From a virus: a stretch of DNA of 64,000 nucleotides. The DNA lies in the IMG/VR virus record IMGVR_UViG_3300025435_001056, positions 64,001-128,000 of that record. One strand, 5' to 3'. Positions within the stretch are counted from its first letter, which is position 1; the number at the start of each line of letters is the position of its first letter. The position numbers were made by a program, and so were the translations under genes. Under the pieces are notes generated by a model. That model was not told the DNA's origin. It worked only from the letters and a program-made list of their open reading frames with translations, and searched no databases. Shown in pieces: positions 34,601 to 43,798 of this stretch.

Positions 34601-36507
34601 ATGCCCGTAGCTCCTGTGGGTCCTTGGATACCAGTAGCACCTGTGGTTCCTTGTGGTCCTGTGGCACCCGCTACTCCAGTTGAGCCTTGAACACCTGTGG
34701 CTCCTGTTGGGCCTTGTATTTGCCCCACATCATTCCATAGGGCACCGTCATAGACCCAAAGATGGCCAGTGGTTTGATCCAGCACACCGTCGCCGGCTAC
34801 TGCACCTGGGAATGCCGCATTTAATGTGGCCTGAGGATCACCACCCACTGTGGGTACTGATCCAATGATAACAACACTGGTTCCAGCTGGTCCAGTTGCT
34901 CCTGTAGCACCTGGCACTGTGCTATCAGCACCGGTTGCACCTGTAGTTCCTTGTGGTCCTGTTGCACCTGCAACACCAGTTGAACCTGTGGCTCCCATGA
35001 CCCCTGTAGCACCTGTAGGGCCTGTGGTGCCTTGAACACCAGTGGCACCAGTAAATCCTTGAACGCCTGTGGCTCCTTGCACACCAGTAGAACCAGCTAC
35101 ACCTGTAGCGCCAATTCCAGTAGCACCTGTGACACCAGTAGCACCACGAACACCGGTTGCTCCAGTGTCTCCTTTTAATCCTGATGCTCCTGATGCTCCA
35201 GTAGCACCACGAACACCTGTGGCTCCTACCACACCTGTGGCACCAGTTGCCCCTTCTAGGCCTGACGCACCTGTGGCGCCAGTTGATCCACGCACACCAG
35301 TGGCACCTGTTGTACCAGTGGCACCTGTGGCACCTTCTATTCCTGTAGCACCTGTAGCGCCAGTTGTTCCTGCGTTTCCTGTGGCACCTCTTACGCCTGT
35401 AGCACCAGTGGCTCCATATATACCAGTTGCACCTGTGGTTCCTGTTGCTCCTTTAACTCCGGTAGCGCCTTGCACGCCAGTAGCACCAACGGCACCACTT
35501 GCGCCTGTGGCACCGGTTGATCCCAATGATCCTGTGGCACCTCTTAAACCCGTTGCACCTTGTAGTCCCGACGCACCCGTAGCACCTGTAGCACCTTGTA
35601 ATCCAGAAGCTCCTGTAGCACCTGTGGCACCAAATCCGGTAATTGGCGTGCCATTGGCATAGTTTACTGCAAATGTATTGCCCGGAAGTGTCAGATTGCC
35701 GGCGGTATCAAAGATCCAGGCAGCACTGGCGCCGCTGTGGATTTGTACATTGCCATTGGCAACGGGAATAGCCACATTGCTAGTGCCGTTAAAAATGGTG
35801 TTGCTGGTGGTATTGATACCGGTCAGTTGACTACCATTGCCCAACAGATATGCACCCGAAATATTGCCGTTGGCAGTGATGTGTCCACCAACTTGGATGT
35901 TGCCCGGAATGGTCAGGTTGTCAACAGTGATGTTGCCGCCGTTATAGTCTACATAATCGGCATAAACGGTATTCCATCTCAGGGCAGGAGAACCCAGATT
36001 TCTTATGTGTGCCTGATCGGGCAAGACATGAGCATTGGCTATGACATTGCCAATTCCGTTGGGATTCAACACCAAGTTGCCGTTGGTATTGGTGGTTTGA
36101 ATGGTGTTGTTGGCAATGACTACATTGCTCAAGACCGGACCTGCGGCAAAGATCTGGTCAAAGTTCACATTTACGGCAGTGAAGGCTTGATTCAGTGATT
36201 CACCGGGTGGCACAGTGGGTATGATCTGTTGACCGCCTTGATTGATGGTGGCCAACATGGTGCCCGAACCGTTGGAGACCGCATAGGTGCTGCCGCCAGG
36301 CAAGGTGGTTAAGGTGATGTTGCTGGTAGGGTATCCAACTGTGATGTTACCGATATAGTAGGTGGTATTGGCAGTGATGTTGCCAAATGTTGTGCCGCTG
36401 AAAACGATCGGCAATCCTGGGAACATGTTGGCGGTGGATGCGACAGCAACGGCGTTTCCAATTGAAAATGTGGCTGTAGCCGTGGTTGTAAAAATATTCG
36501 AACTCAT
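31612..36507 (-). CDS. Collagen-like fibre protein with a gp9/10-like anchor motif and C-terminal lectin-like domain (1631 aa)
   Basis: [12 protein letters not shown]; long GAT G-X-Y runs; LWWD..SG repeats; AVGASTGG C-terminus; upstream TAAATA. Confidence 0.85.
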   Translation of the reverse strand: MSSNIFTTTATATFSIGNAVAVASTANMFPGLPIVFSGTTFGNITANTTYYIGNITVGYPTSNITLTTLPGGSTYAVSNGSGTMLATINQGGQQIIPTVPPGESLNQAFTAVNVNFDQIFAAGPVLSNVVIANNTIQTTNTNGNLVLNPNGIGNVIANAHVLPDQAHIRNLGSPALRWNTVYADYVDYNGGNITVDNLTIPGNIQVGGHITANGNISGAYLLGNGSQLTGINTTSNTIFNGTSNVAIPVANGNVQIHSGASAAWIFDTAGNLTLPGNTFAVNYANGTPITGFGATGATGASGLQGATGATGASGLQGATGLRGATGSLGSTGATGASGAVGATGVQGATGVKGATGTTGATGIYGATGATGVRGATGNAGTTGATGATGIEGATGATGTTGATGVRGSTGATGASGLEGATGATGVVGATGVRGATGASGASGLKGDTGATGVRGATGVTGATGIGATGVAGSTGVQGATGVQGFTGATGVQGTTGPTGATGVMGATGSTGVAGATGPQGTTGATGADSTVPGATGATGPAGTSVVIIGSVPTVGGDPQATLNAAFPGAVAGDGVLDQTTGHLWVYDGALWNDVGQIQGPTGATGVQGSTGVAGATGPQGTTGATGIQGPTGATGIRGATGATGVRGTTGATGVGTTGATGVQGSTGPQGTTGATGIGSTGATGVRGTTGATGVTGSPGATGVRGSTGATGSQGPAGATGVAGTVGATGVRGSTGATGPQGTPGATGVQGPTGATGIGASGATGVKGTTGATGVAGTTGATGVAGATGVKGATGVDGQTGATGVAGTTGATGVAGATGVTGATGAFNGNLTANINGNGFSISNIGNITANYFIGDGSQLTNISGTGGGVIQSNTAPGSPTSSTLWWDTVSGTFFVWYTDMSGSQWVQAAPSGTGNGGGGSGSIIQSNTAPTSPTASTLWWDEVSGRLYLWYTDGSGSQWVDAAPNTPGATGATGPTGATGARGATGTAGANGATGASGSAGASGATGATGTAGANGATGATGLQGPVGATGAGALSSLNYVQVLGNVSSPPVVNANGTILSLTITTTGGPVELVGSGDAVNNSAAFFGTVQWYRGAVALGNPQFFESSAANENQSVCQVFIDNPPAGTYTYSWKMPRASATITWGESTAPVISATELQGVIGATGASGASGSFSGNLTANLNGQGYSISNVATISTTGNITGNYLFGNGSQLTGLPATYGNSNVATFLAAYGSNTISTTGNITAGNITGNINITGNVTGTSANVQLVAGAYTWTFDNTGNLTVPPGGDILLANTQSVISAAGNITGNYFIGNGSQLTGLPASYGNANLANIGSNSISTTGNISAGNFIGNGAGLTNVTYSAAGNIVGSQANVGIVAGSYTWTFDNTGNLTIPAGGDIVLSNAQSIITTAGNIVLSSSTPAIFANQRKFDWTAMIHGTPATGGSITGSILGDATYSNFSDGVQLTANTTAKSGSVAWNTTTFDFTKDFVMEWSWFTSNSGSNPADGVWATFGGNTNGGASQPLGVTNGAVGLRYLTYTNLRTQWYSNGATTGNAVSFRAGVVYQGVWQTSRIMVRKVGAQRYAYVYTGDTGVCDNAIDITSWTPAGTWIAVGASTGGSTSSQLCCHVALEYL

Positions 36508-36564
36508 TAGGTATCCTGGTTAGCCTTTTTAGTTATTTATGGCTAAATGCTTATCCAAACCTTG

Positions 36565-36598
36565 TTGCGTATTGTGCAATCACATGCTATACTAGCAT
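36565..36598 (+). promoter_or_regulatory. sigma70-type promoter with a palindrome over the -10
   Basis: TTGCGT-17-TATACT; ATGCTA-tac-TAGCAT. Confidence 0.55.
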
Positions 36599-36639
36599 CA
36601 TGCTGTTGTTAAACAGCGTTTAACATAGAAAGGTATCAC

Positions 36640-36903
36640 ATGAAACATTTTAATCCAGAAACAAAAACTTTTAAAGTATTTTCCGCATTGCAATCTGGCA
36701 AGGCTTTGACAGCTAGCCAGGCAAGCAAATTAGGAGTTAAGAACTTATCAGCTGAAATCACCCGTATCCGCCAACATGGATTTGCTGTCTATACGAATTC
36801 TCGTAAAGCTGGCAACGGTGTGCAGGTCACAGAATATGTGCTTGGAAAACCTTCAAGAAAGATCGTAGCCGCCGGTTACCGTGCCCTTGCGTTGGGTCTT
36901 TAA
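36640..36903 (+). CDS. Winged helix-turn-helix DNA-binding protein
   Basis: L.SG..LT..QA...GVKN..A.I..IR..G..VY ...Y.LG. Confidence 0.75.
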   Translation: MKHFNPETKTFKVFSALQSGKALTASQASKLGVKNLSAEITRIRQHGFAVYTNSRKAGNGVQVTEYVLGKPSRKIVAAGYRALALGL

Positions 36904-37562
36904 TCTAACGCAGTAACACTCCGTTCGGTAGTGTTACTATGGCCCTCGTGCAATGCGAGGGCTTTTTTACGGGCCCAATATTCCTTCATTGTTTGACTTG
37001 TTTTTGTTTTGTGCTCTTCAGTCATCTTCCGACCCTTTAATGCGGCACTTAATTTGGCTCTAATTTCTGGAGTATTTTTATGCCCATGACGGCCTTTTCG
37101 TGTAGCACTCATCTTGGCTCGAGTTTCATCCGTTACTATTCGAGTGCGATTTGCTTCACTAATCTTAGCTCTGGTTTCTTTGCTTAATACACGCCCTTGA
37201 TTTGATTTGCTTATTTTGGCTCGAGTTTCTGCGGAATTTATCTTACCTTTACTAATTTTACTAAGTTTAGATCGAGTTTCTGCGGTATGAGTATATCCAG
37301 TAACACCTTCGCCGCCATCGGTCATATTGCGTAAAATACCAGTTTGTAAATCTTTTCGCCCATACCAACGGATCATTCTGCGTTCAATAGCAAATGCACC
37401 CAATTCAGTTAAATTGGTTTCAAGCATAACAATCCGTTTTTTATCTTTAGGAACTGGAATATTTCGATGCCAGTCCCAAGCACGATTACCGTGCCCTTTT
37501 CCAATATAGTAAGGTGTGCCATCTTGTCTAAGGTAGGCGTAAACATAATAAGTATTGTTCAA
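36900..37562 (-). mobile_element. GIY-YIG-like homing endonuclease with NUMOD3 repeats (TTG start)
   Basis: YYVYAY.R.DGTPYYIGKG...RA; LRNMTDGGEG; multiple (H/S)T.ETRAK(I/L/M)S repeats. Confidence 0.85.
36942..36968 (+). terminator. Rho-independent terminator
   Basis: GCCCTCGT-gcaat-GCGAGGGC-TTTTTT, preceded by GTAACACT..AGTGTTAC hairpin. Confidence 0.85.
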
Positions 37563-37626
37563 GCTGATGCTCCTCCTGAGCGTTAGAGTAGTTGGGGTTC
37601 CAGCCCGCGAACTACACCTATATTTA
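37563..37626 (-). promoter_or_regulatory. Late promoter plus two-hairpin leader occluding the RBS
   Basis: TAAATA; GTAGTT..GGG/CCC..AACTAC; GCTC-AGGAG-GAGC. Confidence 0.6.
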
Positions 37627-37630
37627 CCAG

Positions 37631-37659
37631 TTGACCAGTAAATCCATTTCAAGTATAAT
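37631..37659 (+). promoter_or_regulatory. Early sigma70-type promoter
   Basis: TTGACC-17-TATAAT. Confidence 0.8.
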
Positions 37660-37687
37660 AGTAGTATATTAAAAATTTAGAGGTTGT

Positions 37688-37942
37688 ATGGATATTACTT
37701 CGTCAATTTATATTGTTCAGACTTATGCGAAAGATCAGGGTTTACGAATTTCGGAAGCCTTGGCAGAATTAGATCATTTGGCCTCGGAGGATTGGATCAA
37801 TACCAGCCCCGGAGCCCCCAAAGGATATCAACGCAAAACTACTTTGGCTCAGGATGAAGCAGTTACTACTTTCTGTAAAAATAGAGCCAAGTGGAGAAGT
37901 CAAGCTGTTCTTGCTGGGTTGGATCTTAGCGATTGGACCTAA
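37688..37942 (+). CDS. Small hypothetical protein
   Basis: GAGG RBS; resembles 52225-52389. Confidence 0.65.
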   Translation: MDITSSIYIVQTYAKDQGLRISEALAELDHLASEDWINTSPGAPKGYQRKTTLAQDEAVTTFCKNRAKWRSQAVLAGLDLSDWT

Positions 37943-37981
37943 CAAAATTGTTTATTAATCTAAAATAAGTAAGGAGTCAAC

Positions 37982-38500
37982 ATGCCCAACTGGTGTTCAA
38001 ATCGTGCCACAATCACCGGACCTGAACCGGTAATTGACGAAATCAAACAAAAATTAACTCAGGACAATCCAGAACTCTTGTCTTGGATGGTTCCACAACC
38101 AAACTTTGAAGGTGATCAAGACTGGTATAGTTGGAATATCAACAACTGGGGCACCAAATGGGACATCTGTGATGTCTACATCGACAATGCGGCGGAACAG
38201 GACAGCGTCAGTTTCAGTTTCAGCACAGCCTGGGCTCCACCCATACAGGCCTTTGAAACCTGGGCATTTGAGGATGGGCGTGTCGAGTTTGAACTCAGCT
38301 ACTGGGAACCCGGTGCTGGTTTTGTAGGAACCACTAGCTATGATGGTGAATACATGAATACCGACGAATGGGACTGCGGCCGTGATCCAGATCGCTATAA
38401 AGAAGTGGCCTCCGCAGAATGGGGCTACGAAGAATGGGAAGAACCCGAACCGCTTACTGAATGGTATACCCAAGGTGTCACAGACAAGGGTCTAGCATGA
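37982..38500 (+). CDS. YubB/DUF1281-like ferredoxin-fold protein
   Basis: MPNWCSN, DWY.W...NWGTKWD, F.TAWAPP, Y.EPG..F.G. Confidence 0.8.
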   Translation: MPNWCSNRATITGPEPVIDEIKQKLTQDNPELLSWMVPQPNFEGDQDWYSWNINNWGTKWDICDVYIDNAAEQDSVSFSFSTAWAPPIQAFETWAFEDGRVEFELSYWEPGAGFVGTTSYDGEYMNTDEWDCGRDPDRYKEVASAEWGYEEWEEPEPLTEWYTQGVTDKGLA

Positions 38501-38862
38501 TTGAACTTGACGTAGGAGCAGTGGTCATTGGCATGGTTCTTGGTGTAGTGCTGATTGGTGCGGCAGCCTGGTATGAAGTGCATCGTTTTGAACGCCAGCT
38601 GACACGCATGATCAAGACTGCCATGAAAGACACCATGTTTGGTCTGGAAGTTGAACAGGATCACGGTGTATTTTTCTGCTACAGCGCCGAAAACAAACAG
38701 TTTGTGTGTCAAGGTGCCGACCTGGAGCAGGTGAGATCTGCGTTTAGACAACGCTACCCAGATCGTGTGGCTTATATCGTAGGTGGTGATCCTGCCGCAG
38801 TAGAACAACTACAGGCACAAATTGCTCAACAGGAATCCCATGAAACTAGCCCTAGCATCTGA
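38497..38862 (+). CDS. Membrane-anchored hypothetical protein
   Basis: N-terminal TM segment; FVCQG motif; ATGA overlap. Confidence 0.65.
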   Translation: MIELDVGAVVIGMVLGVVLIGAAAWYEVHRFERQLTRMIKTAMKDTMFGLEVEQDHGVFFCYSAENKQFVCQGADLEQVRSAFRQRYPDRVAYIVGGDPAAVEQLQAQIAQQESHETSPSI

Positions 38863-39760
38863 CATACATTTAGAATTTGGTCCTATCACCCTGACCAATG
38901 ACGAGTCAGCTGATGTGTTGATTCTAGCTGGCGATATCTGTGTGGCTCGACACTTTGCAGATGGCAAGCCCACTTACCAGCAAACCTTGGCCAAGGAATA
39001 TCGTGCGTTCTTTGACCAAGTCACTCGGGAGTTTCCGCAGGTGATCTACATCATGGGCAATCATGAACACTACTCGGGCGATGTGGCTAAAACATACGCA
39101 ATTCTACAGGAGCATTTGGACTACCCTAACCTGCATATTCTTGAAAAAGAAACCTGGAAGTATCAAGATGTAACATTTATCGGCGGAACCTTGTGGACCG
39201 ACATGAACCAGCTGGATCCACTCACTCTAAACTACACACAGGGCGCAATGAACGACTTCCGTGAAGTCGTCAACAGCAATAGAATGGTAGTGCGCAATGT
39301 TCCCATCTATGAGCGCAATCCCTTATGGACTGCGGATGGGCAGAACGGTGGACAGTATAGCAAGGATGCGACAGGGGCAATGATCAATATCGGCTACAAG
39401 AGCAAAGAAGAACCGGCTAGGTGGACTCCTGAAGACAGTGCTCTTGATCATGCTAAAATGTTGTCATACATTGATCATGTGACTCGCGATCCCGGTAGCT
39501 ACATTGTGGTCGGCCATCATTGTCCTAGTGAACAGAGTGTAGCGGCACAATACAAGGGCGACCTGTTGAATGGTGCATTCCGTAGTAAACTAGATGATTT
39601 TATTGAGGCTCGTCCACAGATCCGGTATTGGTTACATGGGCATACGCATCACAACTTCAACTACTGGATTGGTGAAACTCGTGTGGTATGCAACCCACGC
39701 GGCTATGTGGGCCACGAGTCCAGTGCAGATTTTTTTAAATTGCAGTATTTGGAGGTATGA
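38840..39760 (+). CDS. Calcineurin-like metallophosphoesterase
   Basis: SDIHLE, LAGDI, GNHEHY, GHH.P, HGHTH, NPRGY. Confidence 0.92.
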   Translation: MKLALASDIHLEFGPITLTNDESADVLILAGDICVARHFADGKPTYQQTLAKEYRAFFDQVTREFPQVIYIMGNHEHYSGDVAKTYAILQEHLDYPNLHILEKETWKYQDVTFIGGTLWTDMNQLDPLTLNYTQGAMNDFREVVNSNRMVVRNVPIYERNPLWTADGQNGGQYSKDATGAMINIGYKSKEEPARWTPEDSALDHAKMLSYIDHVTRDPGSYIVVGHHCPSEQSVAAQYKGDLLNGAFRSKLDDFIEARPQIRYWLHGHTHHNFNYWIGETRVVCNPRGYVGHESSADFFKLQYLEV

Positions 39761-39939
39761 TGAACTGGATTCGCTACTCAGGCATCACGGTTAGCCTAAA
39801 CTTAAATCCACTTCACTGGTACTGGCGTCCTATCGCCCGTGCTGAACACAACTCAGAATGGGGATCACCATGGCGTCAGTGTCGAGCAGGTTGGTTGTTT
39901 ATAAGTGTTCTGTTATACTTGGATGATGGGAGTTGGTAA
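39757..39939 (+). CDS. Small Trp-rich hypothetical protein
   Basis: GGAGG RBS, overlap coupling. Confidence 0.6.
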   Translation: MMNWIRYSGITVSLNLNPLHWYWRPIARAEHNSEWGSPWRQCRAGWLFISVLLYLDDGSW

Positions 39940-40130
39940 TGATTGTAGGTATGCAACATGCAGGTGAAGAACATAGGTGTAATGTATGCTCATGTGAGTT
40001 TACTGACGACGAAGGTGGTGTGGTAGGCTATTTTGGTATCTTGCCTGTGGCCTTTTGCCCAACCTGTTACAGCAGCATGGTCGACATGGTGCAACAAGAT
40101 CTTGACTCCGGAGAAGAACTGTGCGAATAG
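39939..40130 (+). CDS. Small zinc-finger protein
   Basis: CNVC ... CPTC. Confidence 0.65.
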   Translation: MIVGMQHAGEEHRCNVCSCEFTDDEGGVVGYFGILPVAFCPTCYSSMVDMVQQDLDSGEELCE

Positions 40131-40345
40131 AATCGGCCGACGGCCAGGAAGGTTATCTAATCTGGTGTGGCGGAGATCGCTATGTGTTTAGAATCTACAG
40201 CAATGCGCCGCATGACTTTGTTGACTACGACCTGCGACATACCGACATGAAAGTTCGGATTGTAGACTCAGATGCGTTCTTTTATAGCGACGACAAGGGC
40301 GACTGCATTGACCATAGTCCTGCAACATTAGGAATCAAATCATAA
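40121..40345 (+). CDS. Small hypothetical protein
   Basis: GGAG RBS, GTG start; F.DYDL.H.D, DHSP.TLG. Confidence 0.65.
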   Translation: MRIESADGQEGYLIWCGGDRYVFRIYSNAPHDFVDYDLRHTDMKVRIVDSDAFFYSDDKGDCIDHSPATLGIKS

Positions 40346-40728
40346 TGGGCATGTTTGATCAACTGTGGTTTGAGGGAGAGGAGTATCAAACAAAAGATAC
40401 TCCAAGTCAGCTGTTGGATAATTACAAGATAGAACAGGAACCGGTTTCAGGTAACTGGTATCTGTGGCATGAAGAATACGACACCGACTGGGTCGAACAG
40501 CCCGGTCGATGGAGTAGCGGATACCTGAAACAGTCAAACCAGCGTTGGGTCCACTGTGCGGACTTTACCGGCACCATTCGCTTTTATCGTAGAGATAGTG
40601 AAATCGAACAGTGGATTGAATACGAAGCGGAATTTGTTGATGGTGTCAAGATTACAATCAAACCTGTGTATGATGAACCGTTCACACGCTGGTATGAGGC
40701 CGGCGTAAAAGACAAAGGACTAGAATGA
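40345..40728 (+). CDS. Hypothetical phage protein
   Basis: MGMFD...YQTKD...G.IRFY...W.EY.A.F.DG. Confidence 0.7.
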   Translation: MGMFDQLWFEGEEYQTKDTPSQLLDNYKIEQEPVSGNWYLWHEEYDTDWVEQPGRWSSGYLKQSNQRWVHCADFTGTIRFYRRDSEIEQWIEYEAEFVDGVKITIKPVYDEPFTRWYEAGVKDKGLE

Positions 40729-40922
40729 ACGAACGGATTAGACAACTTGCTAAACAGGCTGGACTATTAGGTCCTAGTAGCCGAGTAGGAAATTCACACG
40801 AAGCCACAGAAAAGTTCGCCGAGATGATTGTTAGAGAATCTGCCCATGTTGCTTTAATGAGTAACGGAAACAATCTACATGTCTGCGAGTTGATTAAACA
40901 ACATTTTGGAGTTGAAGAATGA
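40725..40922 (+). CDS. Small hypothetical protein
   Basis: MNERI..LA.QAG...EKFAE.IVRE...IK.HFGVE. Confidence 0.7.
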   Translation: MNERIRQLAKQAGLLGPSSRVGNSHEATEKFAEMIVRESAHVALMSNGNNLHVCELIKQHFGVEE

Positions 40923-41560
40923 AAATTTGGACCTCGAAATACAGAAATCACTGGATCTCACCGTATGTGATCCTCAAGACCATTTGTTTTTGGGAGAAAG
41001 ACGAAGATCGCATCTACAATCTCACGGATGACCCCAGCAATCCATACGACCGTTGGGTCAAAATTCTAGATCCCATTTGTAAAGGAATACAATGGTTCCT
41101 GGATCGAATTCACCCACGCTGGACTTATGTTCGCGTTGATCCATGGGATACCTGGAGTTTTGATCATACCTTGGCAGACATTATCTTACCAGGACTAAAG
41201 CAGTTACAAGCTACCAAACACGGTGCACCACACACCGATGATGAGGATGTGCCAGAATACTTGCGTAGCCACATGGCACAACCCAAGGAAAATGAGTGGG
41301 ATACTGATAGTCTTTGGTTTATGCGTTGGGACTGGATTCTTTCGGAAATGATCTGGGCCTTTGAGCAAAAGGTCACAGATGATGCTGACAGCCAGTTCTT
41401 TGATCATTCGGAATGTGGTGATGAAAAATTGCCATGGAATCGGGATGGTCAGTATGTGAGCAAGATCAAGTATGATCGAGAAGGACATGCGGCATGGCAG
41501 GCTCGCAAGGACAACGGTTTCCGCCTGTTTGGAAAGTATTTCGAGGCGCTTTGGACCTAA
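40919..41560 (+). CDS. Conserved phage hypothetical protein
   Basis: D.WDTWS.DHTLA.II.P.L.QL...KHG.P; GF.LFGKY...LW. Confidence 0.7.
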   Translation: MKIWTSKYRNHWISPYVILKTICFWEKDEDRIYNLTDDPSNPYDRWVKILDPICKGIQWFLDRIHPRWTYVRVDPWDTWSFDHTLADIILPGLKQLQATKHGAPHTDDEDVPEYLRSHMAQPKENEWDTDSLWFMRWDWILSEMIWAFEQKVTDDADSQFFDHSECGDEKLPWNRDGQYVSKIKYDREGHAAWQARKDNGFRLFGKYFEALWT

Positions 41561-42057
41561 TGGCCAAAAAGAAAAAGCCCAATTCAGCCGATGGTCGCGA
41601 CAGCTACGACTCAGAGTCCACGGGTGAGTTGATCCAGTTCTTCAACAAGAATGTCACACCTTATCCAACCGAAGTAGGTGGCCCTAGTTTTGATCTCATA
41701 CCGGTTGAGAAGCAAAAGGACATCATGGTCAACGTGGCCCGCATGCACGGCCACCAAGAGTATAATCGTATCATGGAACTGGTAGCAGTGCTACAGCGCC
41801 AGGCCGATGATGTGCGCCGTCGTTTAGATATAACCGATCTGGTGCATGCGGCCCGTTACCAGTTTCAAATCTATCATGGTCAGTGCTATTGGCTGGCCTT
41901 GGATCATAGAAAAGGTGGTAGCATTTTGGTCCAAACCGGACCGACCGAATGGGCCACCGGAATACCTGAAGGTTATGAGTATATCTGTAGAGTAAAATGG
42001 TTGGGTGATTACACCTGGATTGAGGTTGATCTAAATGGCGAAAGTGTGTTAAAATAA
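41560..42057 (+). CDS. DUF2452-like protein
   Basis: PYPTEVGGP.F, A.Y.F....G..Y.L, GP.EW, D.TW. Confidence 0.65.
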   Translation: MAKKKKPNSADGRDSYDSESTGELIQFFNKNVTPYPTEVGGPSFDLIPVEKQKDIMVNVARMHGHQEYNRIMELVAVLQRQADDVRRRLDITDLVHAARYQFQIYHGQCYWLALDHRKGGSILVQTGPTEWATGIPEGYEYICRVKWLGDYTWIEVDLNGESVLK

Positions 42058-42060
42058 TAT

Positions 42061-42309
42061 ATGACAAGAAAAACCGCAATGGAACAAATTGTAGCTTTTG
42101 CAGATCGAACAGATCGAGTTCATGAACCCGTTACCCGAGAGGCATTTGAGCAATGGAAACAGGACTTTACCTTTGAAGCCCTGCAAGGACAACGATATGG
42201 ACAGAGTTTCTGTAACACCTTTGGTATCACAGACAACTTACTGTATTATACTCAGTGGCCCGCAGATCAGGTCAACGACTACATTGTGAGATATTATCTT
42301 GCAGGATAG
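42061..42309 (+). CDS. Small hypothetical protein
   Basis: RYGQSFCN.F.I.D..LYY. Confidence 0.65.
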   Translation: MTRKTAMEQIVAFADRTDRVHEPVTREAFEQWKQDFTFEALQGQRYGQSFCNTFGITDNLLYYTQWPADQVNDYIVRYYLAG

Positions 42310-42706
42310 AACACTCTACCTGGCCTATGGGGCCAACATGCACCCGGCGGCCATGTCATGGCGATGCCCTAAGGCTCTGGGCGTAGGGTCATTTGTTCTG
42401 CGTGATTGGGAACTACAGTTTTACAACCATGCTACCATTGAGCCCAAGCGCGGCGCGGCCACACACGGAGTCTTGTGGGCCATCACCGAGGAATGCGAAG
42501 CTCATCTGGATGCGTTTGAAGGATTCCCCAGTTACTATACCAAACGCACCTGGATACAGGATGGCCAACAGTTTTTCTTTTACGAAATGACCGATCCCAA
42601 GTCAGGCCGTCCCAGCCCAGGCTATGTGGCCGACATCAAGGAAAGCTATGAATTCTGGCAGATGCCTGTACAGGCCTTATTTTCCGCACTCAATGAACCT
42701 GCGTAG
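42299..42706 (+). CDS. Gamma-glutamylcyclotransferase (AIG2-like) family
   Basis: YLAYGANM...M..RCP, GVLW.I, LD.FEG.P.YY, PS..Y. Confidence 0.85.
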   Translation: MQDRTLYLAYGANMHPAAMSWRCPKALGVGSFVLRDWELQFYNHATIEPKRGAATHGVLWAITEECEAHLDAFEGFPSYYTKRTWIQDGQQFFFYEMTDPKSGRPSPGYVADIKESYEFWQMPVQALFSALNEPA

Positions 42707-42953
42707 AGAAACCGGACCCCTGTTAAAAAGTCCCATGGACTATATGCGGGATCGCGACAGCTTTCCTTATGCTCAGGAAATAGTCAAACCGTTTGGCCAG
42801 ATAGAATCGATTCTGGACTGGTGCAAGGAAGAACTGGTAGCCGAATGGCGCTGGCAGTTGATCAGTGCCAGTACCGATACCCGCCCGGGTCGCTACTGTT
42901 TTTTCTTTGATTCCGAAAGAGATTGTCTAGCATTTACCATGAAATGGGCCTGA
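42693..42953 (+). CDS. Small hypothetical protein
   Basis: WC......W.W.......G.Y.F.FD.E.D..AF..KW. Confidence 0.65.
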   Translation: MNLRRETGPLLKSPMDYMRDRDSFPYAQEIVKPFGQIESILDWCKEELVAEWRWQLISASTDTRPGRYCFFFDSERDCLAFTMKWA

Positions 42954-42982
42954 TTGACCAGTAATGATTTTTTTGTTACAAT
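42954..42982 (+). promoter_or_regulatory. Early promoter
   Basis: TTGACC-17-TACAAT. Confidence 0.7.
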
Positions 42983-42991
42983 ACATATACT

Positions 42992-43342
42992 ATGAAAAAT
43001 TACAGATACCTAGGTGAAACAGCAGAAGTTTTGGGCAATAGATTAGATGCGGCTCGTGAGGCTAGAGATCGAGCTCGATCAGTCTGGGCCCGTAACTATT
43101 GGAATCAGGCCGTGGAACGACTCTTGTTCCAGTGGCATCAATTGCCCATCCTACATGATGCAGACGCCCGCATGACCATCATTCCTCGTTGGAACATAGA
43201 CTACAATTTTTATGAAGGTGACTATGGCAACGAAGGCTATGGCATCACTGACCGCGTGTTTGAAAAATTATTTAAACACGGCAACGACCTGACCGCAAGT
43301 TGGGAACGCAACAGAGAACGCAGATTGGCACGGGCACAATAA
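42992..43342 (+). CDS. Hypothetical protein
   Basis: 116 aa ORF directly after promoter. Confidence 0.65.
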   Translation: MKNYRYLGETAEVLGNRLDAAREARDRARSVWARNYWNQAVERLLFQWHQLPILHDADARMTIIPRWNIDYNFYEGDYGNEGYGITDRVFEKLFKHGNDLTASWERNRERRLARAQ

Positions 43343-43518
43343 TGACATATACTAAACAAGCAAGATTTACTTCAGCTGACGGAAAAATTTTCCTAGTAGA
43401 TGAAGTTGTACAAGGACCAGCCGGTCTTACAGTGTACTATCACAACGAGGCCACCGAGGAACAATACAGTTGCCTGTTGGAAGCATTCGCAGAACGATTC
43501 CGAGAGCTGGTGCAATGA
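43342..43518 (+). CDS. Small hypothetical protein
   Basis: TAATG coupling; YSCL.EAF..RF. Confidence 0.6.
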   Translation: MTYTKQARFTSADGKIFLVDEVVQGPAGLTVYYHNEATEEQYSCLLEAFAERFRELVQ

Positions 43519-43706
43519 CCGACGATCGCCTCATGGTGGTACAGGCTGTGTTTGATGGTAAATTGAGTCAAGACTATCTTACACAGGACGAAATTGACGA
43601 GTTTGCTATCTTGGTTGCAGACGTGGCCATGGAACAGCTCATGAGCGAAGCTGAGTCTCGTGGATGCAGTGTTTTTGAAGGTATAGATGGAGATCCTGTA
43701 CACTAG
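43515..43706 (+). CDS. Small acidic hypothetical protein
   Basis: ATGA coupling. Confidence 0.6.
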   Translation: MTDDRLMVVQAVFDGKLSQDYLTQDEIDEFAILVADVAMEQLMSEAESRGCSVFEGIDGDPVH

Positions 43707-43707
43707 G

Positions 43708-43736
43708 TTGACACAGTAATAGTTTTGTTGTAAAAT
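43708..43736 (+). promoter_or_regulatory. sigma70-type promoter
   Basis: TTGACA-17-TAAAAT. Confidence 0.7.
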
Positions 43737-43798
43737 AGTAGTTAATTGGCAATAGATGAATAAAAACTTGCGCCAAATACAATTTGAAAGAAAATAAA

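Larger units (their letters stand above)
21677..35640 (-). repeat. Collagen-coding 9/27-nt periodic repeats and duplicated inter-gene modules
   Basis: Recurrent gcacc(t/a)gt units; modules ~22450-22660 vs ~27820-28030 and ~28520-28695 vs ~34710-34885. Confidence 0.85.

Noticed and set aside
22600-35640. Periodic repeats resembling a CRISPR array
   Set aside because: Degenerate 9/27-nt coding periodicity with wobble variation; no constant repeat with unique spacers and no cas genes
21900-35700. Many overlapping ORFs rich in PVAPV or C/S/T on other frames and strands
   Set aside because: Shadow frames of the collagen G-X-Y codon repeats; no RBS or independent signal
21677-36507. Diversity-generating retroelement acting on the fibre genes
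   Set aside because: No reverse transcriptase in the window; duplicated modules do not show adenine-specific differences
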